Shown here: one piece after another, positions 35,939 to 45,195 of the stretch
How positions within the stretch are numbered: the stretch's first letter is position 1
Layout: each line of letters starts with the position of its first letter
Source of the DNA: an uncultured Gammaproteobacteria bacterium
Lineage (GTDB): Bacteria > Patescibacteriota > Patescibacteriia > UBA1558 > GWA2-36-10
NCBI GenBank assembly: GCA_964633905.1
Contig: CAZWIT010000002.1
Location: 1 to 61,208, forward strand
Direction: 5' to 3'
DNA length: 61,208 nucleotides
Translations under genes and position numbers: made by a program
Notes under the pieces: model-generated
The model's input: the letters and a program-made list of their open reading frames with translations, nothing else
Told to the model about the DNA's origin: nothing
Databases searched by the model: none

Positions 35939-38134
35939 TTATTTAGTATAATCGCAGGCTTCACACTTGATACTATCCTTTGGTCCTAAGATTAAAAGTT
36001 GTTTACAATTAGGACAAAGTTCACCAGTGGGTTTTGACCAAACAATGTGTTCACATTTTGGATACTGATCACAAGAGTAAAAGAATTTACCACCGCGGCC
36101 TTTGCGAGCAGACATTTCACCTTCGCCACACTTTGGGCATTTGACGCCTGTGCCTTGATTCACACGTTTAGTAGTTTTACAAGTAGGATAATTGGAGCAA
36201 GCTAAGAATTTGCCAAAACGACCATGTTTGAAAATCATTGGACTAGAACAATTAGGGCAGACTTCTTTTGTTTCTTCTGGCGCTTCGGCTTTGCCATCAT
36301 CGCCAATCTGTTTAGTATTTTTACATTCTGGATAATTAGAGCAAGCTAAAAATTTACCAAAGCGACCAAGCTTAATCACCATGGGTGATTTACATTTTTC
36401 GCAAACTTCATCAGTAGCAGTTTCAGTAATTTCTTTTTTGTCTAAAATTTGTTCTTTTTCTTTTAAATTTTTAGCAAAAGGCATATAAAATTCTTTAATA
36501 ATTGGTTGCCATTTTTTTTCACCATTGGCGACGGCGTCCAAATCATCTTCCATTTGGGCAGTAAAATTATAATCAACAATATCTGGAAAATGTTCAACTA
36601 ATAAATTATTTACAATAATGCCAATTTCAGTAGGCGTTAAGCGCTTATCAATTTTTTCAATATATTTACGGTTAACTAAAGTAGCAATAGTAGGGGCATA
36701 AGTAGAAGGACGACCAATGCCTTTTGTTTCCATAGCATGTACTAGGCCAGCTTCAGAATAGCGAGCGGGTGGCGTAGTAAAATGCTGTAAAGCATCTATT
36801 GATTCTAATTGTAGTTTATCACCAGTTTCTAGTTTTGGTAAAATTTGTTCTTCAGATTTGGTTTGATAAACTTTTTGCCAACCAGAGAATTTGATTACTG
36901 AACCAGTTGTTTTTAAAGTCCAAGGAGTGTCTTGAGCTTCTATTATAATAGTAGTAGTTTCAATAATAGCATTGGTCATTTGGGAAGCAAGAGCTCTTTG
37001 CCAAATCAAAGTATAGACTTTTAATTGTTTACTATCTAAATGATCTTTAATAGATTCAGGAGTGTTATTTAGATCAGTAGGGCGAATAGCCTCATGCGCT
37101 TCTTGAGCTAGTTTGGCTTTTTTAGTATGTATTCTACCGCCCTTGGTCACAAAATCAGCACCAAAATTATCTTTAATATAGTCTTCAGCACTAGCTGTAA
37201 ATTCAGGGGAAAGATTATGTGAATCAGTACGCATGTAAGTAATTAAACCAACATGGCCAGCACTGCCTAAAGCAATACCTTCATACAGTTGTTGAGCTAA
37301 CATCATAGTTTGGCGAGCAGAGTAACCAAAGCGACGGTTAGCTTCTTGTTGTAAAGTAGAGGTAGTAAAAGGAGCAGGGGCATTTTTACTCATTTCTTTA
37401 GCACCAACTTCAGCGATTATTAGTTGAGCATTTTTAATGTCAGCGACTGCCTGGTCAGCTTGGTTTTTGTCTAAATCAAATTTATCTAAAGTTTTATGAT
37501 CCTTTTGCCAAACAGTAGCTTTAAAAGCATCAGCTTGGTCTTTTTTAACTAAGCCTTCTACTGTCCAGTATTCTTGTACTTTAAAATTATTACGTTCATT
37601 TTCACGATCAACTATCAAGCGTAAAGCAGCTGATTGAACGCGACCAGCTGATAAGCCTTTGGCCACTTTTTTCCAAAGCAAAGGTGAAAGTTTATAACCA
37701 ACTAAACGATCTAAAATACGACGTGCTTGCTGAGCGTCAACTAAATTAATATCCAAATCCCGTGGGTGTTCAAGCGCCGCTAAAATTGCTTTTTTGGTAA
37801 TTTCATGAAAGGCAATTCTTTTTTGTTTTTTGGCTGGTACTTTTAGTAAGTATTGTAAGTGCCAAGAAATAGCTTCTCCTTCGCGGTCTTCGTCAGTCGC
37901 GAAGTAGACATTATCAGCTTTAGCAGCTAAAGTTTTTAGCTTGGTAACAACTTTTTTAGCTTTCATCGGCACAGCGTAAGTTGGCTCAAAATTATTTTCA
38001 ACATCAACGCCTAGTTTGCTCTTAGGTAAATCGCGGACATGACCAAAACTAGATTCTATTTTGTAACCCTTGCCCAAAAAACCGCTAATAGTTTTAGCTT
38101 TAGTGGGGGACTCAACTATAATTAAATCAGACAT
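35939..38134 (-). CDS. topA: DNA topoisomerase I with C-terminal zinc ribbons
   Basis: IVESPTKA, ATDEDREGE, SAGRVQS, ITYMRTDS, AHEAIRPT, CPxC repeats. Confidence 0.97.
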   Translation of the reverse strand: MSDLIIVESPTKAKTISGFLGKGYKIESSFGHVRDLPKSKLGVDVENNFEPTYAVPMKAKKVVTKLKTLAAKADNVYFATDEDREGEAISWHLQYLLKVPAKKQKRIAFHEITKKAILAALEHPRDLDINLVDAQQARRILDRLVGYKLSPLLWKKVAKGLSAGRVQSAALRLIVDRENERNNFKVQEYWTVEGLVKKDQADAFKATVWQKDHKTLDKFDLDKNQADQAVADIKNAQLIIAEVGAKEMSKNAPAPFTTSTLQQEANRRFGYSARQTMMLAQQLYEGIALGSAGHVGLITYMRTDSHNLSPEFTASAEDYIKDNFGADFVTKGGRIHTKKAKLAQEAHEAIRPTDLNNTPESIKDHLDSKQLKVYTLIWQRALASQMTNAIIETTTIIIEAQDTPWTLKTTGSVIKFSGWQKVYQTKSEEQILPKLETGDKLQLESIDALQHFTTPPARYSEAGLVHAMETKGIGRPSTYAPTIATLVNRKYIEKIDKRLTPTEIGIIVNNLLVEHFPDIVDYNFTAQMEDDLDAVANGEKKWQPIIKEFYMPFAKNLKEKEQILDKKEITETATDEVCEKCKSPMVIKLGRFGKFLACSNYPECKNTKQIGDDGKAEAPEETKEVCPNCSSPMIFKHGRFGKFLACSNYPTCKTTKRVNQGTGVKCPKCGEGEMSARKGRGGKFFYSCDQYPKCEHIVWSKPTGELCPNCKQLLILGPKDSIKCEACDYTK

Positions 38135-38195
38135 ATTATGATATTTTTTGTTAAATTAGTGCTGACTATACAATAAATTGTTTTTTTTGGCAAGG

Positions 38196-39275
38196 CTAGC
38201 TAAGCTCTACTTGATTAAATATGTTTATTTTAACTAAGCCTTTTAGCTCTAAATTAGAGATAATCGTTTGTAAATCAGCTAGGCTAAATTGTAGTTTTTG
38301 GGCAATAATTTCTTTAGGTAAGGCTTCAATTTCTAATATTTTAATAATTTTTTGTTCAATAGGGTTTAAGTTAGGATTTGGGTTTTTATTATTATTTAGC
38401 TTATAGAAACTTAAAATATCATTAGCATCTAGTAGTATTTGTGCACCTTGGGCAATTAATTGATTTGGACCTTGGCTTAAAATCTGATTAATATTACCAG
38501 GCAGAGCGTAGACTTCACGGCCAGCATCTAAGGCAAGTTGAGCAGTGATTAAGGTACCGGATTTTTTGGCTCCAGAAATAATAATAGTTAAAGGGCTAAG
38601 GCCTGCTAGGATACGATTACGTTTAGGAAATTGATAAGTAGCAGCTTCAGTGTCTGGCGGGTACTCGCTTAATATTAGTCCATTTTGGGCAATGATTTTT
38701 TTTGTTAATTCAAAATTACTTTTTGGGTAAAGTACCTGTGGAGCAAAGCCAGATCCTAAGACAGCAATGGTGGCTAGATTATTTTCCAAAGCAGATTTAT
38801 GTACCTGGGTATCAATACCTAGAGCTAAACCACTTACTAAAACTAGAGGAGTGCCTTGCAGTTGGCTAATAATTTTTTGACTTAAAATTTGGTGATAGGA
38901 GCAAAAAGTACGTGAGCCAACAATAGTCAGTAGATAATTACTGGTTAACAATTTTTTATTACCTTGGTAAAATAAAAATAGCGGTGGGTCATAAATATTT
39001 TTTAGAAGTCGCGGATAATCAGAGTCTAAAATAGTACAGTAATCAACGTTGATCTGGGACCATTCTATTTTTGTATTTTTAATAAAATTTTTGTCTTGCT
39101 GTTTTTCCTGAATAATAACAATAGTTTTTTTGTCTAGGAGTTTATTATTTTCTAGTACAGCTAAATAAAATTTTTCAGCACTGCCAAAAATTTGTAAGTA
39201 GTGGTAAATAGTTTTTAAACCTAGGCCTTTTAGTTTGTAAAAGAAAAATAAAAAATAATCGTTTTTCTTGTTCAT
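38196..39275 (-). CDS. dprA: DNA-processing protein
   Basis: IVGSR, VSGLALGID, FPKRNRILAGL, SGTLITA, GPNQLI. Confidence 0.95.
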   Translation of the reverse strand: MNKKNDYFLFFFYKLKGLGLKTIYHYLQIFGSAEKFYLAVLENNKLLDKKTIVIIQEKQQDKNFIKNTKIEWSQINVDYCTILDSDYPRLLKNIYDPPLFLFYQGNKKLLTSNYLLTIVGSRTFCSYHQILSQKIISQLQGTPLVLVSGLALGIDTQVHKSALENNLATIAVLGSGFAPQVLYPKSNFELTKKIIAQNGLILSEYPPDTEAATYQFPKRNRILAGLSPLTIIISGAKKSGTLITAQLALDAGREVYALPGNINQILSQGPNQLIAQGAQILLDANDILSFYKLNNNKNPNPNLNPIEQKIIKILEIEALPKEIIAQKLQFSLADLQTIISNLELKGLVKINIFNQVELS

Positions 39276-39435
39276 CCTTTTAAGATTAATTATTAAAGGA
39301 TGCCTGTTTTTTATTTAATAATCAAATAATAATACAAATGAATTTATTTGTAAAATTTGAACATTTTACTTTTAGGTTTAAAATTGCTATTATTAAAACA
39401 ATTAAATTATTATTATTTATAAAATTTTTAAAATT

Positions 39436-39954
39436 ATGCCTCGTGCTAAAACTACAGCCGCTGTCAAAGCTGCTCCTAAAAATTCCGCAGATTTAATGGA
39501 CTTTGATCAATTTGTTTCTCAAAAAGTTTCATCTAAATCAGCTAAAAAATCTTACAATCTATTGGCCTATATTTTAGTTTTTATCGTTTTACTTTTATTG
39601 GGAATGATGTGGTGGTCAATGGAAAAACAATCTAAAGTAGCAAAGATTTTGCCTTATAAGGTAGTTTATCTAGACAATAATCAGTATTACTATGCTAAAG
39701 TTGCCAAAGAAGATGCAAACTATATTTATTTAGATGATGTTTATTATTTGCAGACTGAGCAAAAAACTATCCCAGCCGAAAAAGAAGGCGATGAACCGCA
39801 GGTAGTGGAAGTGCCAGTTTTAGTCCGCCGTGGCCAAGAAGTGCATCAACCTACTGGTTTGTTGCAAATCAGTCACGATCGAGTAGTGGCTATAGAAGAG
39901 ATTGGCACTAGTTCAGAAATCTATAAAGAAATAATTAAAAGCAAAGGGCAATAA
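39436..39954 (+). CDS. Single-TM hypothetical protein
   Basis: TM then VYLDNNQYYYAKV..LDDVYYLQ..LVRRGQEVHQP; pattern recalled from CPR conserved proteins. Confidence 0.75.
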   Translation: MPRAKTTAAVKAAPKNSADLMDFDQFVSQKVSSKSAKKSYNLLAYILVFIVLLLLGMMWWSMEKQSKVAKILPYKVVYLDNNQYYYAKVAKEDANYIYLDDVYYLQTEQKTIPAEKEGDEPQVVEVPVLVRRGQEVHQPTGLLQISHDRVVAIEEIGTSSEIYKEIIKSKGQ

Positions 39955-39984
39955 TTTTTAGTTGCCCTTTATTTATTTTTTACA

Positions 39985-40720
39985 GTGAAAAAGGACAATC
40001 TCAATACTAAATTAGTTTTTACTACTACCAAGGTAAAATTAATCTTGCATATTTTTTTTATAATTTTACCAATTTTATTATTATCTCTATTTTTTGATTT
40101 TCGTTTACGTCAAAATATACAATATCGTGCTAGTGAAAATTTCTTGAGTGTTATCCAAATTTTATCCAAACAACACGAGCAGTCGATTCACGATGCTCAA
40201 CAATTATTACACGTTCTCTCCCACACATGTTTTGGTAGCTTCTCTAGATTTGGAATGGATCAATAAAAGTGTGGCCAACTTTAATTTACCTAGCAACCGT
40301 TCTTTATTAATACTAGATAAGAGTGGTAATATTTTAGGTGGTTTTTGGTCTGAAGAAAAATTAATCGGGCACTCCTTAGCACAAACAACTATCTTTAAAA
40401 ATGTGGTTAACTTAGGTGGAGAGGGATCTTTGGAGAGTTCGGAGCTAGATGGAATTGACAAGTTGTTTATCTTTACCAATTTAAAGGGCTTGCCTAATGA
40501 TCACAAGATTTATATGCTTTTGGGTATTCCACAAAAAGAAATAAATGAATTATCAAGAGTTAGCTATTTTAACCAATTGATTGCTTGGCTCTTGGGTTTA
40601 TGTTTGTTATTTTTGGTTGTTTATATAAGTATCAAGTTTATCATGGATCATTACTTTGTTGGTTTAATAGAGCGTCATGATAATCAAGATTTTAGTATAG
40701 TCAAGAAGAAAAAATCTTAA
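39985..40720 (+). pseudogene. Frameshifted, internally deleted Cache-type sensor remnant
   Basis: Frame 1 gives TM1 plus ..AQQLLHVLS; frame 2 gives VLVASLDLEWI..LLILDKSGNIL..TM2. No output domain. Confidence 0.6.
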
Positions 40721-40770
40721 ATTAATTTTTAACAACTAGCCCAGCTTGTATTAAAGGCTGGGTTTTTTAT

Positions 40771-40830
40771 TTATCCACAACCATAAAGTATAAAGTAGCA
40801 CTTTACACTTTATAGTTTATGTTTTATAAT
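40771..40830 (+). promoter_or_regulatory. Promoter/operator of the MerR-type gene plus one DnaA box
   Basis: TTATCCACA 40771-40779; palindrome 40783-40813; TTTACA-17-TATAAT. Confidence 0.6.
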
Positions 40831-40842
40831 TATATTGCTTTT

Positions 40843-41082
40843 ATGGTCAAAGTAGGGGATAAAAATAATCTAGTAAAAATTGGCGAGCTAGCTCGTCGTT
40901 TTTCTGTTTTGCCTTCTACTATTCATTTTTATACTCAAGAAGGATTACTCAAGGCCGATAGTGTAAGTAAAGGTGGTTATCGTCTTTATAATCCTGATAA
41001 AGCCTTAGCCCGTCTACGTAAAATTGAATGGCTACAAAGCAAAAAACGTCTCACCATTGGTGAGATCAAAAAGTTGCTATAA
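40843..41082 (+). CDS. MerR-family HTH protein (DNA-binding domain only)
   Basis: KIGELARR..STIHFYTQEGLL..GGYRLY. Start set at ATG 40843, downstream of the -10. Confidence 0.88.
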   Translation: MVKVGDKNNLVKIGELARRFSVLPSTIHFYTQEGLLKADSVSKGGYRLYNPDKALARLRKIEWLQSKKRLTIGEIKKLL

Positions 41083-41085
41083 ATG

Positions 41086-41126
41086 CCTCTTAAAGCTTCC
41101 TACCATGCTTCGGGAGCTTTAAGAGG
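41086..41126. terminator. 15-bp-stem hairpin after the MerR gene
   Basis: cctcttaaagcttcc / gggagctttaagagg. Confidence 0.6.
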
Positions 41127-41337
41127 TTTATAGATATATATTTTATAAAATTTATGCGTAAAAAATTAGACAAAATTTTTTCTCTACCCACTAATTGCCA
41201 GCCCAAAGTTTATGTAGCCAGGGGCAAGAAAAAACAAAAAAAGAGCTGGTGGCAGCAAGTTTATTCTTTATTTTTTTAAGTTGTCAAACTCGTCTTTTTG
41301 GGTTAAAATAAGCAACACTTAATAAATATTATATATT

Positions 41338-44307
41338 ATGGTAAATTTTTCAGAAAAAGAACAGGCAATTCTTAAATTTTGGCAAGATCAAGATATTTTT
41401 CAAAAGACATTGACTAAAGATAATAGTCGGGGCAATTTTGTTTTTTATGAAGGACCACCGACAGCTAATGGTAGGCCAGGCATTCATCACATTTTAGCTA
41501 GATCATTTAAGGACGCTATTCCCAGGTTTAAAACCATGCAAGGGTATAAAGTAGAGCGTAAAGCTGGTTGGGATACGCATGGTTTGCCAGTGGAACTAGA
41601 AGTAGAAAAAAAATTAGGTTTAAAAAATAAACTTGATTTAGAAACTTATGGTATTAAAGAATTTAATGAGCAATGTAAAGCAAGTGTTTGGCAGTATCAG
41701 GAGGAATGGGAGAGACTCACTAATCGCATTGCTTATTGGATTGATTTAAAAAATCCTTATATTACTTATAACAATGATTATATCGAATCTTTGTGGTGGA
41801 TCATCAAACAGATTCACGCTAAAGGTTATTTGTATAAGGGCTACAAGGTAGTACCACAATGTCCGCGTTGTGAAACCGCCTTATCTTCTCATGAAGTAGC
41901 ACAAGGCTATAAAAATGTTAAAGAAGATTCAGTTTATATTAAATTTAAAATAAAAAATAAGGCAGATGAATTTATTTTAGCTTGGACTACTACTCCCTGG
42001 ACCTTGCCAGGCAATGTGGCTTTGGCAGTCGGTGAAAATATTGATTATGTAAAAGTTAAAGATCATTTTATTGAAGGTCAAAACATTGAAGCATTATCTA
42101 ATACAAATCCACCTAGTTTAGATAATAAAGTTGTATATTACATTTTAGCTAAAGAAAGACTTCCTCTGTTAAAGGATAAATTTAAAAATGCAAAAATAGA
42201 AGATTTTATAGTAGAAAAATTTAAAGGTAAAGATTTAGTAGGTTTAGAATATGAGCCGCTTTTCCCAGGAGTGATTAAAGAAACAGATCAGAATTTTCAA
42301 AACGCTTTTAAAGTTTATGCGGCTGATTTTGTGTCTACCGAAGATGGTACTGGTATTGTGCATACGGCCGTGATGTATGGAGTTGATGATTATAATTTAG
42401 GAGAAAAAATCGGACTACCTAAAGTGCATTCCGTAAATCTAAATGGTACCTTTAATGAATTGGTGCCTCAGTGGCAAGGTAAATTTGTTAAAAGTGTAGA
42501 ACCAGAAATTATTCAAGATTTGCGGAGCAGAGATTTATTATTTAATGTTGTGCCTTATGAGCATGACTATCCTTTTTGTTGGCGTTGCAGTACTCCCTTA
42601 TTATACTATGCAAAAAATTCTTGGTATTTTAAGATGAGTGCTTTGGCCAAACAATTATTGGCAAGCAATCAACAAATTAATTGGGTACCAGAACACATTA
42701 AAGATGGTCGTTTTGGTGAATGGCTAAAAGACGTAAAAGATTGGGCAATTTCTCGAGAAAGATATTGGGGTACGCCTATGCCAATTTGGCAGTGTGCTAA
42801 ATGCGATAATATTAAAGTAATTGGTTCGCGTGAAGAATTAAAGTTAGCTAAAGATTTTGATTTACATCGACCTTTTATTGATGAAATTAAATTAAGCTGT
42901 GACTGTGGTGGGGAGATGAAGCGGGTTTTAGAAGTCATGGATTGTTGGTTTGATTCGGGAGCTATGCCTTTTGCTCAAGTGCATTATCCTTTTGAAAATA
43001 AGGAATTAATTGACAATGGTCAGGCCTATCCAGCTGATTTTATTTCGGAAGCAGTTGATCAGACTAGGGGTTGGTTTTATACCTTACTAGCTGTGGCTAC
43101 ACTTTTGGATAAACCGGCACCTTATAAAAATGTGATTTGCTTAGGGCATATTTTGGATAAAAATGGCCAGAAAATGTCTAAATCAAAAGGTAATGTAGTT
43201 GATCCTTGGTTGATGATTGATAAATACGGAGCAGATAGTTTGCGTTGGCATTTTTATACTATCAATCAACCAGGTGAACCAAAACGTTTTGATGAGCAAG
43301 CGCTAAAAGAAACCACTAAAACATTTATGACCTTGCTTAATGTTTTTAGATTTTATCAGATGTTTGCCCAGGAAGCCAAAGAAGTTTTAGTAATCAAAGA
43401 TGTAAATTCTTTAAGTCATGTTTTGAATAAATGGATAATTTCCAAAACTAATATATTAATCAAGGAAGTGACTGATAAATTAGAGCAATATGACATTATC
43501 AGCGCTACCAGAAAGATTGAAGAATTTATCGATGATCTTTCGGTTTGGTATATTAGGCGTTCGCGTGATGCCTTTAAAGATAAGGAGTCTGGTGCTAGTC
43601 AAGAATTTATTGGCACTTTAGGTAAAGTATTATTTGATTTGGTTAGATTAATGGCTCCTTTTGTTCCTTTTATTAGTGAGGATATTTATCAGCAGTTAAA
43701 TAAAAATTGTGGTAGCTTAAAGGAATCTGTGCATTTGGAAGATTGGCCAGTGGCTAACAATGATTTTATTGATCATCAAGTTTTGGATCAGATGCTTTTA
43801 GTCAGACAAGTAGTCGAAAGATCGCATGCTTTGCGCGCTGGTGCTGGTATTAAAGTCCGACAACAGTTGGCTACCTTGCAAATTCAGTTAAGTGAAACTA
43901 CCAAATTAACCGAGGATTATCTGGGTATTTTAGAGGACGAAATTAATGTGGAGCAAGTTGAGTTGGTAACTAAATTGAATAAAGCGACTGGTTGGCAAAT
44001 AGATGAACAGGGTTTGGCGATTGCTTTAGACACCAATATTACACCCGAATTAAAAGATAAGGGAGTAATTAGAGAAATTATCCGTACGATTAATGCTTTG
44101 CGTAAAGCTGCTGGCTTGCAACCTCAAGATAAACCAGTAGAAGTTTATCAAACTGATTCTCAATATCTTAAAACTTTGGTAGAAAAATATCAGGCAGAGT
44201 TAATCAAAGGAACTTCGGCTGGAGATTTAGTATTAATGAATGAAAAACCCACTCATCAAAGTGAGCTAGAAATTGAGGGGGAGAAAATTATTTTAGGAAT
44301 TAAATAA
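41338..44307 (+). CDS. ileS: Isoleucine-tRNA ligase (type 2)
   Basis: FYEGPPTANG.PGIHH, GWDTHGLPVE, WTTTPWTLP, DQTRGWFY, KMSKSKGN. Confidence 0.97.
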   Translation: MVNFSEKEQAILKFWQDQDIFQKTLTKDNSRGNFVFYEGPPTANGRPGIHHILARSFKDAIPRFKTMQGYKVERKAGWDTHGLPVELEVEKKLGLKNKLDLETYGIKEFNEQCKASVWQYQEEWERLTNRIAYWIDLKNPYITYNNDYIESLWWIIKQIHAKGYLYKGYKVVPQCPRCETALSSHEVAQGYKNVKEDSVYIKFKIKNKADEFILAWTTTPWTLPGNVALAVGENIDYVKVKDHFIEGQNIEALSNTNPPSLDNKVVYYILAKERLPLLKDKFKNAKIEDFIVEKFKGKDLVGLEYEPLFPGVIKETDQNFQNAFKVYAADFVSTEDGTGIVHTAVMYGVDDYNLGEKIGLPKVHSVNLNGTFNELVPQWQGKFVKSVEPEIIQDLRSRDLLFNVVPYEHDYPFCWRCSTPLLYYAKNSWYFKMSALAKQLLASNQQINWVPEHIKDGRFGEWLKDVKDWAISRERYWGTPMPIWQCAKCDNIKVIGSREELKLAKDFDLHRPFIDEIKLSCDCGGEMKRVLEVMDCWFDSGAMPFAQVHYPFENKELIDNGQAYPADFISEAVDQTRGWFYTLLAVATLLDKPAPYKNVICLGHILDKNGQKMSKSKGNVVDPWLMIDKYGADSLRWHFYTINQPGEPKRFDEQALKETTKTFMTLLNVFRFYQMFAQEAKEVLVIKDVNSLSHVLNKWIISKTNILIKEVTDKLEQYDIISATRKIEEFIDDLSVWYIRRSRDAFKDKESGASQEFIGTLGKVLFDLVRLMAPFVPFISEDIYQQLNKNCGSLKESVHLEDWPVANNDFIDHQVLDQMLLVRQVVERSHALRAGAGIKVRQQLATLQIQLSETTKLTEDYLGILEDEINVEQVELVTKLNKATGWQIDEQGLAIALDTNITPELKDKGVIREIIRTINALRKAAGLQPQDKPVEVYQTDSQYLKTLVEKYQAELIKGTSAGDLVLMNEKPTHQSELEIEGEKIILGIK

Positions 44308-45041
44308 TGGCTTTTAAGACTGAGGCTTTTGTTTTGCGTAGTCGGCCTATGTCACGGGCAGATCGATTTTATGATTTATATTTGCCCCAAGAAGGAATCG
44401 TATCGGTAATTTTGCGTTCGGCTGCCAAACCAGGTAATAAACTAGCGGGACATATGTTGCCTTTTGCTAAAGTTAGAGTAATGATTGGCAGAGGCAAGCG
44501 TGATCATTTAGCAGGAGTTACTATCTTAAAAGATTTTAATAATTTGCGGACAGATTTAAAGCTTTTGACTTTAGCTTCGGCAGTGGTTGAAATGCTTTTG
44601 CATGATCATAGCTTAGGGCATAAATTTAAGGAATTTTTATTAGTAGATAATATTTTAAATTTATTGAATGAAACCGAATTATCGCTTACTAAAAAAAATT
44701 TATTAGTACGTACTTTTTTATGGAAATATCTCGGCCTCTTGGGTTATGCTCAGCAATTAGATAAGTGTTTGGTTTGTGGTAAAGCACGTCCAGAGCAGAC
44801 TAACTATTATATGCCTGGTCGTGGTATAATATGTCAGGAACATGGTCAGGGTCAGGTTTGGCCAATTAGTCAAGATTTAGTTGTTTGGCTAAAAAATATT
44901 TTACAGCAAGATTGGCGGGAACTCCTAGATTCTGATTTATCACTTAGTTTAAATAAAGAGTGGGGACAGATATCACAAATTTATTATCAAACTGTTTTTG
45001 AAAGTTCACCGCAAAGTTTTAAACTACTAGCTTACGTATAA
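44307..45041 (+). CDS. recO: DNA repair protein RecO
   Basis: TEAFVLRS..ADR..; CxxC..CxxH zinc motif. Confidence 0.88.
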   Translation: MAFKTEAFVLRSRPMSRADRFYDLYLPQEGIVSVILRSAAKPGNKLAGHMLPFAKVRVMIGRGKRDHLAGVTILKDFNNLRTDLKLLTLASAVVEMLLHDHSLGHKFKEFLLVDNILNLLNETELSLTKKNLLVRTFLWKYLGLLGYAQQLDKCLVCGKARPEQTNYYMPGRGIICQEHGQGQVWPISQDLVVWLKNILQQDWRELLDSDLSLSLNKEWGQISQIYYQTVFESSPQSFKLLAYV

Positions 45042-45054
45042 TATATATAAAATA

Positions 45055-45194
45055 TTCACCCTGTTAAATAAAATTTAAACATAGTTTAAATTTTAAATTT
45101 AATTTGTGGCTATTAAAATCATTTTAGTTTATAATTTAAATATTAATTTATAAATCTTCCAATATATTAAATTAAATTTATTTAACAGGGTAAA
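45055..45194. mobile_element. MITE-like element, copy 2 (140 bp)
   Basis: Same 16-bp termini as 32965..33099. Confidence 0.65.
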
Positions 45195-45195
45195 T

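Noticed and set aside
40771-40779. Replication origin
   Set aside because: Only one perfect DnaA box was seen, with no cluster and no dnaA or dnaN nearby.
41127-41337. T-box riboswitch or small ORF (41155 onward) upstream of ileS
   Set aside because: No T-box consensus or specifier stem was found; the possible 55-aa ORF has no supporting motif.
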